Source: Octopus sinensis
Taxonomy: Eukaryota
Assembly: GCF_006345805.1 (NCBI RefSeq)
Contig: NC_043003.1
Coordinates: 1 to 64,000 of the forward strand
Direction: 5' to 3'
Length of the DNA: 64,000 nt
Shown here: piece after piece, positions 37,215-50,013 of the stretch
Numbering within the stretch: the stretch's first letter is position 1
How the letters are laid out: every line of letters starts with the position of its first letter
Notes under the pieces: generated by a model
The model's database searches: none
The model's input: the letters and a program-made list of their open reading frames with translations, nothing else
What the model was told of the DNA's origin: nothing
Program-made: the position numbers and the translations under genes

Positions 37215-37805
37215 ATCATCGTCATTGTTTAATGTCTACTTTCCGTGTTGGCATGAGTTGGATGGTTTGACATGAAGCTGCCCAGACTCTAGCTGTCTGC
37301 CGATGCATGGTTTCTACAGCTAATGCCAACCACTTCACAGTGTGCTGGTTGCTTCTTAACCTGCTTTTTAACCTGAAAAGACAAGTCTGTGTGTGGGTGG
37401 AAGACAGTGATTTTACTTAGCTTGATGTGTCTTACCAAGGATAGCAAATCATCACATCTCGTGGCCCCTTTGTCATTTCCTCAGGCTCAGCATCCGAAGA
37501 TCTTTTCTCACCACTTTTTCCCACATCTTCCTGGGTCTACCCCTTCCACAGGTACCCTCCACAATTAGAGCTCTCAGCACTTCTTTATGCAGCTGTCCTC
37601 ATCCATACACATCATATCACTAAACCAGTGCAGTCTCCTCTCTTGCACACCTGCTTTTATACTTAGTTTTCCTCTTAAATCATTTACTCTCTTGTGCATG
37701 CACACTGACTTTACCCAGCCACTGGAGCATGCTGGCTTCATTTCTTTCAAGCGTTTGCAAGACCTCTGTAGTCAAAGCCAACATTTCACTGCCATATAAC
37801 ATAGA
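37215..37805 (-). mobile_element. RTE LINE 3' fragment
   Basis: Reverse complement encodes GTCGRGRPRKMWEKVVRKDL followed by the RTE tail. Confidence 0.7.
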
Positions 37806-38225
37806 TGTATGTATAAAGGCTAATTTTGTAGAAATTTCATTGGAAAATAATGAGCTCTAATTAGATGATACAATACAATAAGTACTTGCATCAAAACAGG
37901 CTCAGGTGAATGCTAATTGTTTTCATTCCAAATTAACAAACTATTGGTGCAGGTGTGGCTGTATGCTAAAAGTTTGTTTCCCAACCATAGAGTATTACTG
38001 CGACAATGCTGGGGCACCACCATGAAAAATTTTTAGTCAAGCAAATTGTCTCCAACACTTTCTTTTTTAACCTGCTACTTTTTTAACCACTAAGTTACAG
38101 AGAACTAAACAAACCAACACTGGTTTTCAAGTGGTGTAATGGAGGACATTTTTTGATTGACAATGTATTCAATGATTTAATCAGTAAATTAATGACAGAT
38201 AATGCTTTGGAGATAACTACAATGT

Positions 38226-38553
38226 TATCTACATTATTTACATTTAATGGATATTTGTCCTCATCTTGTTTGTTGTTAACACGTTTCGGCTGATATACTC
38301 TCCAGCCTTCATCAGTTGTCTTGGGGAAATTTTGAACCTGGGTTCTCATTCCTAAGGTATTTTACGATGTTATTCAGGTCACTGCCTGGAATCAAACTCA
38401 GAATCTTGGGGTTAGCAGCCTGCGCTCTTAACCACTATGCCATATGCCCTCGGGCATGCAGAGGGTATATCAGCCAAAACATGTTAACAACAAACATGAG
38501 GACAAATATCCGTCAAATGTAAATAATTCTTCATCTCTTAAATATAGAACTAT
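38226..38553 (-). mobile_element. Penelope-associated tRNA-head plus hammerhead unit with inverted partial copy
   Basis: tRNA-like 38375-38449, CTGATGA at 38309-38315, GAAA at 38284-38287; inverted partial copy at 38460-38553. Confidence 0.7.
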
Positions 38554-38583
38554 ACAATATCTATTTCTTGTGTACACACATTG

Positions 38584-38880
38584 ATGTCTGACTTAGAATT
38601 GTCCGGTTTTTCATCAAGTGACTTGGACAAAATTGCTGAAGAATGGTCAGATACTGAAACTTTAGTGAGCGTTGTTGGCCCAAAATAACCTTTAGGACTT
38701 GATGTGAAACCTGTTCAGATTTTTTAAAACTGTTTTCATTGAATTTTAATTGGTCTGATCACCAATAAAAAATTTTTATGCACAACAGATAGAAGCAGGA
38801 AACTTCGCTCCTACATGTATTGAGGAAATTTATGCACACCTAGGTATATATTCTATCTGATGAAAGTAAACAGTTTACCT
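38584..38880 (+). mobile_element. piggyBac-like transposase N-terminal remnant
   Basis: MSDLELSGFSSSDLD..WSD, GP..LGLDVKPVQIF, FYAQQ and PTCIEEIYAHLGIYI resemble the PGBD N-terminus; stops and frameshifts. Confidence 0.55.
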
Positions 38881-39374
38881 GTAAATTTCATGAGGAATGA
38901 ACTGCAAAAAGATTAAGGGATGGGAAATCATTCATATTTTTCTTTTTGTTTGTGATCATCTATTTTCACTATTCCCAATGTCCCAACTCATCTTCGCAAT
39001 CGCCTCTCTCTGTCTTACTCTCCAGCTCACTCTCCTTGGTTTTCAAACTGGAGTATACACGCATCTGTTCTACTGATATCTGCCCCCTCTATACCTTAAA
39101 TCTCTCAACTGGTATAAATCCACACTCCCTCAATACTGCTCCCCACTTGCAGTTGAGGGGTTTTTGTCTTGCAAGGTACTTGGTGACTGTTGATGCCATG
39201 CAAAAAGCAGTACATTCTACAAAGTCGTTGGTATTAGGAAGGGCATCCAGCTGTAGAGACCCTGCCAAAACAGACAATGGAACCTGAGATGTCACTCTTG
39301 GCCTTGCCAGCTCCTCTTAAACTGTCCAACCCATGCCAGCATGAAAAATGGACATTGAATAATAATTATGATAC

Positions 39375-40091
39375 AGTTCTCTATTTAAGAGATGAGGAAT
39401 TATGTACATTATTTACATTTGACCTCATCTTATTTGTTAACACATTTCAGCTGATATACCCTCCAGCCTTCATCAGGTGTCTTGAAGAAATTTCGAACCT
39501 AGGTTCTCATTCCTAAGGTATTTTTCAATGTTATTATTATTATTATTATTATTATTCAGGTCACTGCTTGGAATCAAACTCAGAATCTTGGGGTTAGTAA
39601 CCCACGCTTTTAACCACTATGCCATATGCCTGAGGGCAATTATGGAGTGAATTTTTATGGCTTATAAATCTAATATTTTCCTATCCTTCCTTAATACCAG
39701 TTCCCATATGCTGCTCATATCTGCACTCGGTCTGCTTAGGAGGTTGTTGTGTTCTAGCGTATGTGCTGCCTCTTTTAGTTTTTGCATTTTCCAGTGGTGT
39801 TCTCTGTCTATTATTTTAACTTCATCCCAAAGGAGGAGGTGGTCTCCATTTTTCCATACATGGTCAGCTATATCTGATTTTTCGATATCTCCTCGTGTCA
39901 CAGCTTTGCGATGTTCCTCTACACTTATTTTGAGAGGGGCGGCATGTTTCACCTTTGTATAACCTACCACAACTGCATGGGATGGAAATTTCCCCAAGAC
40001 ACCTGATGAAGGCTGGAGGGTATATCAGCCAAAATGTTGTGTTAGCAACAAACAAGATGAGGACAAATATCTGTCAAATGTAAATAATGTA
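39375..40091 (-). mobile_element. Penelope-like element 3' fragment: GIY-YIG endonuclease remnant, pseudo-LTR and inverted pseudo-LTR
   Basis: SIPCSCGRLYKGETCRP / LKISVEEHRKAV..SDIADH..WDEVKII..KLKEA (39662-39990); tRNA-like 39557-39631; hammerhead ~39440-39480; inverted copy at 39985-40091. Confidence 0.82.
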
Positions 40092-41099
40092 ATGTTGATG
40101 TGTCCATGTCTATTACTAATTGTATTTATTACTAGGATTTTATTACTTTTCTTTGTGTGTGTGTGTCTGTGTTGTTTTAGGTTTGCAATCAGACTGGAGT
40201 CTGGTGCAGCCTTCCAGCTTACCAGCTCCAGTCAAACCGCCCATTGTCCATGCTGGCATGGACAATGGACGTTAAATGATGATGATGAATTGATTGCCAC
40301 ATGTGCCAACCATTAGTGCTGACGAGCTGGCAGAACTTTTAGCACACTGGACACAATGCTCGTCAGCAGCATTTCTTTTGACTCTTAAGTTCTGAGTTCC
40401 AATTCTACCAAAGTTTCATTTGTCTTTCATCTTTTCGGGCCTTGTGCTTACAGTAGAAAGGATTATTTGCAGCACAAATAACTGCTTAAAAAAATTATCG
40501 TCTATTAAAAGTTAAACTTATCATCATTCAACCATTTCGATACCAACCCGACTGAAACCACCTCTGGCTCTGTAGTACAAATGTCTTGTTTTCATAAGTT
40601 CTGAATTAAAATCTTCCACCAAACCTAAGTCACAATTTATGTTCCTAACACTAGCTTAATGATAATGAAGTTATTTTACTAAATTCTTTGTTATATTTAA
40701 AATTAATTGAAAGAAACTCACAGCATTTCAATAAATATGGTAACAAAAGGAGTTAATGGCTGTTTTTCATGCTGGCATGTGTTGGACAGCTTGATGAACT
40801 GACAGGGCCAGGGGCCACACTAAGTTCCATAGTCTGTTTGGGCTTGGTTTCTACAGCTGAATGCCCTTCCTCAACAACTTTTTGGGTGCTCTTTACATGG
40901 CACCCCCCCACATCAATGCTTTTTTATGTAGAACCTTGGTTTTGGGATATCAGTTCTGTTGTGGTGGGTGGCTCCCCTTGTCTATAGCAATGTGCAGCAT
41001 ATCTCGGTTCTCTGTCATCTCCTTACAAAGGAGATGACAGCATTTTGAGAATAGCCTTTACTTTAAAATAATAACTTGATAATTTAACCCCCCTTCCCT

Positions 41100-41364
41100 C
41101 CCCGACCGGCTCCTGTGCCGGTAGCACGTAAAAAACACCATCCGAATGTGGCCGATGCCAGTGCCACCTGACTGGCTCCCATGCCAATAGCACGTAAAAA
41201 GCACCAACTACACATGCAGAGTGGTTGGCGTTAGGAAGGGCATCCAGCTGTAGAAACATTGCCAGATCAGATTGGAACCTGGTGCAACCTCCTGGCTTGC
41301 CAGTCTCCAGTCAAACTGTCAACCCATGCTAGCATGGAAAACGGATGTTAACGATGATGATGAT
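41100..41364 (+). mobile_element. RTE 3'-tail fragment
   Basis: Matches 2390-2644; (GAT)n end. Confidence 0.8.
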
Positions 41365-41891
41365 TTTTTTTTATTTTAAGAAAATGCTAGTGTGAAGCTA
41401 TAAAACTGAATCTAAAAAGGAAGTATATTCTATGTAATAATAAAAAAGAAATAACTTTAAAGGTTGCTGGGAATATTCCCAATCCACCTGCAGATGGATT
41501 CCACGATATTCATATTAAAGTACAGCCACATTTATCAGTTTCTCATTCCCTTTTCTTTTTTACAAATCTCAAAAACAATTTCAGTAGTTTCATATTGTGT
41601 TCTTGAGGCTGCGTACACTTTGAACAGTTGATGAATCTGAAATGTCAACTTCCTTGATTGCAATTAACTTGAGACTGCCTCTAGTTTCACGATACAAATT
41701 CTTTCATTTTTTATTGTTGATTTTTAAATTAAAATATTTCCTAATAAATTTAGTTAATTTCAGACACCAGCTTATTAATTAAAAATTTTTATGAGATACC
41801 ACCAAATATTTTTTCAATTAAAACATGTGATTGTCATTAGACATGTAGTATCTGACATAATGCTAATTTATTTTTTCTGTTTTTGTTACAG

Positions 41892-42869
41892 ATCAAGTTG
41901 ATGAAGAAGAGATGGAAGTTGAGAAAGATGCTGATGCAAATGGTAACAGCAAATCAGATCAAGATACACAGGAAACATCAAGGGAAGAAAAACCCCCTAA
42001 ATTATCAGAGAAAAGTGGCAGTGATAGTGTAATTAGTAACATTAAAAAGGATGATGACAGAGATGTAACGAGTTCAGAGACTGAAATTGCTGAAAAGAAG
42101 GTGACTATTAAAGTGGAAGAAAGAAGTGAAAACACAAGCTCCCATGGGGATACTGATATTTGTTCTTCAGCTGACATAACGAAGAAAGCTGATATAAATG
42201 GAAAGAAGCAAATGCAAGAAGCTGTGAAGGATTTTGAGGGTAAGAAACGCAGAGAGAACATTTTGAAGTCAGGGGATGAGATTTGTGAACAAAAGAGACC
42301 ACGTATTCTTGATGCCCAAAAAGTTGAACATTCAAATACGAGTGACAATGAAGAAGGGAAGGAGGATATGGCTGCTGCTGCTGAAAGCCCTAAAGCTGAT
42401 GATACAGAGATGAAGATGGAGGATGTAGAGAAAGGAAGTAATAAAAAAGTAAAGACCGAGAGTGATGATAATGAAAATTCTATGGAAGTTGATGAACCAA
42501 GTGTTGCAGGAATAATAAAAGAAGAGGATGAGAGTGGCTGCAGAGGTTTAGATCAGAAAATTACTGTGAAACAAGAAGTTAGGAATGTAAAAGAGGAGAT
42601 TACAGCATCGAAAGAAGAGGTTGGTACAATGAAAGAAGGGAAGAATGGTATCAAAGAAGAAATAGATATGAGTAGTTTTAAGAAACAATTAAAAGAGGAA
42701 GATGTGAAAGATATAAAGCTTGTGAATGGGATCAAGAAACCAGAAACCATCTACAAACTGAGCTTTGATGCTGAAAAATTTATTTCAAATCAAATTTCCA
42801 AAATGGATCTTGACCAGACAAATTTGCAAAAACTTAATGGAATGAACTGTCAAGTGAAAGCCACAGAAA
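41892..42869 (+). CDS. SETDB1: SETDB1-like exon: long acidic/charged N-terminal region
   Basis: Polypyrimidine-TTACAG acceptor, 978 nt open, donor GTAAGT, phase 1-1; splices in frame to the Tudor-encoding exons. Confidence 0.8.
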
Positions 42870-45086
42870 GTAAGTTGCTTTGTTTTTTTATGTTATATGA
42901 GGAATTAGGTTGAGTGTGGTTGCTGAATATATGAGTATTGCTCTTAAAAATATCGCATTTCATTGGGTCTGTGGTACAGAGTTAAAGGAATGATTTTTAA
43001 CTCCTCATAAAGTCTAGTTTCTTCTCTTCATATGTTTATTTCCCAGAATAAGATGATTTGGTGAGGTTGTTTGGATGCTAGCGATTTGGCATGGCTGACT
43101 GTATGTAGAACCTGTTTTGGGAAATGTATCTTTTGGCATTAGAGGCAGAAATGCACACATGAATATTTACATACAGTGAGAGAGATGGGGGGAGTGACAT
43201 AACAATTTATTAAGTGAACACGGGTGACATAAATGTTTTTCCTTTCCTCATATACATAAATGGGAAGGGGGAGAGAGAGAGAGAGAAAGACAACATATGC
43301 AAACATAGCTAGGTGCTTATGCACATAAAAAAGGAGAGAAACATCACAATTTATTCATTGAACATGACTCACATAAACACTTTCCTTCTCCTCAGATGCA
43401 CAAAAAGAAATATGCTGACACACATAAACAGAGAGGGAGAGAAAGTCCAATGTCAAATAAGTCAGCATTGAATCAGCAGCACCAAAACATCTCTTCCCCA
43501 TTATTCCTTGTTATCAACTGCTGGAGGAATTGAGAAATGACATCAATGTTGGCAGGCATCAAATATAGTGTCTAGATTTACTAAAAATAACCCAAATTTG
43601 TAATTACTAAATTATTTGAGGCTTTCAATCAAGCAGCACTATATTGTTCTGCAATCATTTCGTCTTTCTATCAGCTACATCCACTTGAGAATTAGTTATT
43701 TTTATTGTATTATAATCTTAGGCCAGGTCAGTTGAAAAGTTCTGTATTCTGACAGTGAAATTACCTGTGGTAGAACAACCTCATCATTTAAGGTCCATGT
43801 TCCTTGTTGGTGTGGGTTGGATGCTTTTACAGAATCTGATGGGCCCAAGGATCGCATTATGCTCCAGTGTCTGTTTTGGCATGCTTTCCATGATTGCCAG
43901 CCACTTTATAGCTTGTACTGGGTGCATTTTTTTCGTTGTTTGTGCAACTGGTGCTAGTGAGGTTATTATGCAGCTCACAAGACTATGAAACCTGATGTGA
44001 AGGGGCAACTTTATGTTAGGGGATGAGGGTCAAGAGATGAAAAAAAGGAGGTGAGGTAAAGCAGGTTCTTGTAGAGGAGCTACTTGCATTTAGAAGGGAG
44101 AGAATGAATCAGTTGTAGCTGCAAGCAAGTGAATAATAGTGATGATGTGTCCAGGTTGCCAGCCCTCAAGGTTAAAGATGAGAAGAAGTGGGTGGGGACA
44201 AAAAAAAAATAAGGAGTATGAGTGTATTTCTCAAACTACCCAATTAAGGACTTTCAGAATCTGGGTTGTGGTTTGTGAAATTAGAAAATTAAAAAAATTG
44301 AAAATACTGTTAGTAGAATTTGTGGAAAATTTCTGAGGGAATTGCAATGGAACTAGTTGTACCATGACTCTCAGAATGTCACTGGAAACTCCAAGGACGG
44401 CAATATGCCCTACCACAGACCCCCATCTAGCCCTTCTGTCTGGATAGAAAAAAATGCTTACTAAAAGAGCATTGATGATGAGTTTTCAATGAAACTAACT
44501 GAAAACTGATTGCACTTCCATGTGTTGATTTAGTTCTAAGTACTCAAGCATTCGTTTCAGATATTTTACTCTTCAGCTTTTAAACTGGCCATATCTTGCC
44601 TGAATATTCTACTTGTTTTATGTTCAAAGATGCCAGATCCCATCTCTCACACCAACCCTACAATGTCCTTCTAGAAATAAGCTATCATTACTGGGGTTGA
44701 TCTAATTGTCTAGATCAGGCTTATTTCAACACTGTAGAACCTGCCCATTTAAGAAGACCTGTTGAGGCAAGTGAAATCGCTGTTGTGGCCGATGACAGTA
44801 CCACCTGATTGGCACCTGTGCCAGTGGAACATTAAAAGCACCATTTGAGTGTGATTGTTACCAGGGCAGCTGACTGGCTCCCATGCTAGTGGCATGTAAA
44901 AAGCACCATTTGAGTGTGGCTGATGCCAGTACCGCCTGACTGGCCCATGTGCCAGTGGCTCATAAGAAGCAGATGTTGAACGATGATAATGCTAGACTTC
45001 TTTTTCTGCAGTTAAAGAAAAAAAAAAAGAAAAAATCCTTTTGCTGCGGCATCAGTAACATAGATAATGTTTACTTTTAATTTCAG

Positions 45087-45174
45087 GAAAACAGAGAGAA
45101 ATTAGCAAAATATTTTCTGATTGTACTAACCTCTTAGCCAAATTCCGTGCTACACTGGAAGCAACTGAAGCCAT
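45087..45174 (+). CDS. SETDB1: SETDB1-like exon (RKQREISKIFSDCTNLLAKFRATLEATEA)
   Basis: TTTCAG / GTAAGT, phase 1-2. Confidence 0.82.
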
Positions 45175-45317
45175 GTAAGTAGTCTCTTTTAATGTGTTTT
45201 AGATGATGATAAGTATCTACAATAAAGAGTTGCCAGTACCAAGCAAGTCTTGAAGCTGAACATGAAAGTAATTCAGTCTTGTCCCCATTACATATCTTAT
45301 CTGTATTCAAAGTCTGT

Positions 45318-45602
45318 CAGTGGTTCTCAACTGAGGTCCGCATGACCCCTGGGAGTCCATGCTAGCAAAAGAGTACATTGGGGATCAATGGTAGTATTTT
45401 AAGTTTTGATTCAAGTGTATGTGTTGCAAGAAACAGGTTTCTTGCTCTGATGTTTTACATTGTTGAACCTCTGCAAGTGAATGTGTGAAAACAAAATAAG
45501 AATTTTAGAACTAGTTTTTAAACATTGAATGACTTTGGGTTTCCACCAGAATAAAGTAATAATCAAAGGGGTCCAGAGATAAAAAATGGTTGAGAACCGC
45601 TA
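45318..45602. mobile_element. hAT-type MITE
   Basis: TIR CAGTGGTTCTCAAC / GTTGAGAACCGCT; TSD not clear. Confidence 0.6.
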
Positions 45603-45881
45603 GTGTGCACTTGCTGGAAATAGCAACCAAGTCTCTTTCCTTCTTTATTTCCTTTGTCCCTTTCCTTCTTTTCTTTATTTCTTTCTTTCTAGTTTTGTTT
45701 TGTCTCCTTTTTTCTCCTTTTTTTTGTTTTCTCTCTTTCTCAACTTTTTATTAGTTTAAGAAGAAATAAAATAGTTTTTTTTCTTCTTTCTTCTCCCATT
45801 GATGATCAAAGAATAATTTTTCCTTTCTCTACTGTTATGAGTTTCTGGTGATTTTGTTTTCACATCACTTCGTTCTTACAG

Positions 45882-46010
45882 AGAATCTGAGGAGAAAGTT
45901 GGCGGCAATGTGGAAACGGTAGAAATCAGTGACGATGATGAAGTGGAATTCATTGAAACAACTTTTGAACCTGACCTTGTTGCGAACCGACCACATCAGC
46001 AGTCAGCAAC
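45882..46010 (+). CDS. SETDB1: SETDB1-like exon with SUMO-interacting motif (VETVEISDDDEVEFIE)
   Basis: TTACAG / GTAAGT, phase 2-2; resembles the vertebrate SETDB1 IIEIPDEDDDVLSI segment. Confidence 0.85.
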
Positions 46011-47442
46011 GTAAGTTTATTGATTACATATCATACTGAAGTTTTCTAAAAAGAATGAAATAGTACTATACATAATTTACAAACTTTGTTGATACAAAAA
46101 AAATAAATGGCTGGTGTTAGGAAGGGCATCCAGCTGTAAAAACTGTGCGAAAACAGACACAGAAGTCTGGCGCAAGCTCTTGCCTATCCAGTTCCTGTCA
46201 AACCATCCAACCCATACCAGCGTGGAAGGTGGACGACGACTACGACGATGATGATGATGATGATGATGATGAACTCCTTTGCATTTCTTGATTTCGAATT
46301 CAAATTTGAATTACAGAATTGCCCACATCAATTAATCAGATTGGTCTTTCACCAGCTGAAATATCTCATCATCTGTTCATGCCACAATGTCGGATGATAG
46401 CAGTAATTTGTTAACTGAACTGGTTGATCCTAGCCATTGACAGTTTCTTGTCTCTTCATCTGTTTAGCATTTAGTGATGTTTGCCATTGACTCAATAAGT
46501 TTGTCTGCTGAAATAATTCATGTCCACCATTCTGCATCTGATGATTTCAGGGAAATCCTGGTTTGGGTGCTTACCAGGTGGTTGGCCTTCACTGCATATA
46601 TTAATTATTTATTTTTTAGTCGACAACAAATAATGTAGATAAGGTATTGGGCTCTTGATCATAAGGTTGTGTGTTCACTTCTTGGACCACATGACACATT
46701 GTATTCTTGAGCAAGGTACTTTATTTTACGTTGCTGTTGTCTTTTCAGCCAAGAATTGAGTTCTAACGGAATGCTGGTGCATTGTTCCTGTGGCTATTCA
46801 CACAATCTGTTGGGTTATCTCCCTTGCCTTGCATCTTTGTAATACCAGGAAGCTAAGTGGAAAAGGTGCTGGATGCATTGAATGAGAAAGGAAAGGGCTG
46901 CGATGAATAACTTCAATGCTTTTTATGTGGCATTTTGGTTTTACAATCTCAATTTTGTTGTGTTGGACAGGTTTTCTTGAGTACAGCAATGCACCACATA
47001 TCTTGGTTGTCTGTCATCTCCTTTGGGCTTGGCATTTTCAAATTGGCCTTCAATACTTTCACTCCATGTCCTCCTGGGTCTCCCTCTTCCCCAACTTCTC
47101 TCCACTTTATGCAAGTGTCCTCACCCATGTGCCAGTGGCACGTAAAAAGCACCAACCAAATGTGGTCGATGCCAATACCCCTGACTGGCCCCTGTGCCAG
47201 TGGCAGGTAAAATGCACTATCAGAACATGATCGATGCCAGGCCCACCTGACTGTCTCCTGTGCCAGTGGCAGGTAAAAAGCACCCACTACAATCTCGGAG
47301 TGGTTGGCGTTAGGAAGGGCATCCAGCTGTAGAAATATCAGATTAGATTGGAGCTTGGTGCAGCCGCTGGCTCTCCAGACCTCAGTCAAACTGTCCAAGC
47401 CATGCCAGCATGGAAAACGGACGTTAAACGATGATGATGATG

Positions 47443-47475
<33 letters not shown>

Positions 47476-48247
47476 CATACATACAGGGATTGTATTGACT
47501 CGAATGGAAAAATGTGTCACTCAAGAAGGACTTTCAACAATTTTCATGATGTTTCATATTTCAAATGCTTTTATTCAATTCATTCAGTTGTTAAACATAA
47601 ATAAACATTGGAATTAAATGGTTTTGATTTACTGTCAGGTGGTTTCTGGCCAACCCTGTATATGTATTGTTTATGATGTAGTACGAAGAAACCTGCCCAA
47701 AGTAATTGGCCTGAAAGTGTGTACAGGTCTGCTCTTGGTTACTTTAGGTGAAATAAAACAGACTACATAACTCAAACCCAACAACAGAACAGCTTGCTCG
47801 TGAAATTAACATGCAAGTGGCTGAGCACTCCACAGACACGTGTACCCTTAATGTAGTTCTCGGGGAGATTCAGCGTGACACTGACTGTGACAAGGTTGGC
47901 CCTTTGAAATACAGGTACAACAGAAACAGGAAGAAAGAGTGAGAGGAAGTTGTGGTAGAAGAGTGCTGCAGTGTTTGCCACCAGCCCCTGCTGGAGCCTC
48001 GTGGAGCTTTGGGTGTTTTTGCTCAATAAACATTCACAATTCCTAGTTTGGGAATCGAAACTGCGAGTCCGCTGCCCCAAACACTGGGCCATTGCGCATC
48101 CACACAGCCCATGCATAACCTGACTCTTGTATCGATCTTACACCTGTTAGTCTATGTCTGTCTTCCCTTTTATGCATATGTTACGCATGTCCGCTTGATA
48201 ACAAGTAATGATGTTTCTTGATCACGGTCTTAATATTTTTATCACAG

Positions 48248-48332
48248 AAATCCTTCCATGACCAATGCTTCCAACATGGACTCACTGAGAGCAGCACTAA
48301 CAGAAGCACTGAACAAACAGATGCCTTCTCAG
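48248..48332 (+). CDS. SETDB1: SETDB1-like exon (NPSMTNASNMDSLRAALTEALNKQMPSQ)
   Basis: TCACAG / GTAGGT, phase 2-0. Confidence 0.78.
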
Positions 48333-49966
48333 GTAGGTTTTGTCTTGAAATTTTTCTTTTACATCAGACTCTCAAGAGGTGCAGCAGTACATGGGAATCA
48401 AAAGGTGTGTGGCCTAGTGGTCAGTGTTTGCACTTGTGATCGCAAGACTGGTTTCAACTCCCAGACTGGGTGATTCATTGTGTATCTGAATAAAACACTT
48501 TATTCCACATTCATTCAATCCACTCATCTGTAAATGAGTAAATCTGTTACCAACTGGCAGAAATATGGGATCCTTGCCCCTTGCATGCTGAAGGAATAGT
48601 GTGAGTGACTCTGAGTCTTAGGGACACAACAATAATACCGAGGGGTTGGTGATGATGATATACATTGGATCCAAGCAAGCAGTGCCTCTGTTGAAATATT
48701 CCTCATACCCCCTAAATACTACTCCCTTTCTCTCAGTTGAGGGGTGTTTTGTCTTGCAAGGTACTTGGTGACCCTGTCATTGATTGTGCCACATAAAAAG
48801 CGCTCAGTATACTCTGTAAAGTGGTTGATGTTAGGAAGGACATTCAGCAGTAGAAATCCATCCCAAACCGACAATGGAATCTCGTGCAGCTCCTAGCCAA
48901 CTCTCCTAACCCATGCCAGCATGGTAAATAAATCTCGAATGATGATGGCTAGACATCATGTGATGGCTATAAATGAACATTGTTGTCATACAAGTGATAT
49001 TGTTCATTTGCAGTCTTCCAGGTTTTTACTTGTCTAGCTCGGAAACAAGTGAGGGCTGACAACAGAAAGGGTGTCCAGCTCTAGAAAATTTGCTTCAGCA
49101 AATTCTGTTTGACTCATGTAAGCATATGATCCAGTAAAGCACATTTGTGGGGCTTTCATAAATTAATTATAAGCATGGGTGCTTTTTACAAGGCACCATC
49201 ACCTGTGCTTTTTATGTGGCACCTGCCCAGGTGCTTTTTATGTGGCAGTGTGGTTAAAAAGTTTACTTCACAACTATTTTGGAGGAATCTCATTTCAGCC
49301 ACTTGTGTTTGCAATTGTACTCTTTTTGTCATTTCCCAAGCTTTTCTGGCTTACAGTAATTAAAATTCCAATGTAATTAGTTTGTAGTGGAAATATATAG
49401 TCAGAACAAGGTGTTGATGTGGCTGTGTGTATGTTATTACAAATAGCTCATAATGAGATGAAGAATAAATTCAAGACCTATATATTTACCACATAAAAAT
49501 ATATTTTATTTACTGGTCAATGATGATACATAGAACTGATATGTAGAATCTAGTTGAATGAAGTAATCTATGCAAGAAAGTTCAGAGATAAAAAATGTAG
49601 AAATAATAGCTAAGTGATGGTTTTCAGTCATGTGTCATAGAGAAAGAGACAGGCAGAGCAAAGACTTGAATGGCTCAGAGTCTAGTCGATTGAGAAGCGA
49701 AAAACTGGGTTAGCAAGCTGTTTTTATTAATGAAATGCTAGACATTCTAGAAACTTCTAAGAGAAACGCTAAGCTTCTTGAAAATGTGTGTCATGAGAAT
49801 CAAATCTCATGACACACATGCTTCAAGAAACTTAGAGAAGGGAGGTTACTCTATAATCTTTCTTGCAAGGGAGATCATTCAACTATTTTGCTACGTAGAC
49901 CACTACAAGTTGATATGTCATTGAAACTTTGTTGTTTTGTTTCATTGATAATTTTATTTTTGCCAG

Positions 49967-50013
49967 GTCAATCAGTCTTTACACAAACCATTCTCAGACG
50001 AGGACCGTAAACT
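49967..50013 (+). CDS. SETDB1: SETDB1-like 47-nt exon (VNQSLHKPFSDEDRK)
   Basis: TGCCAG / GTAAGT, phase 0-2; needed to keep the frame. Confidence 0.78.

Noticed and set aside
38375-38449. Functional tRNA gene (also 39557-39631, 56792-56866 and the SINE heads)
   Set aside because: Imperfect acceptor and anticodon stems, the anticodon differs between copies (GCT/ACT), and each is fused to a repeat body.
38584-38670. MSDLELSGFSSSDLDK.. as a SETDB1 first exon
   Set aside because: Continues into piggyBac-like transposase motifs with stops; better explained as a TE remnant.
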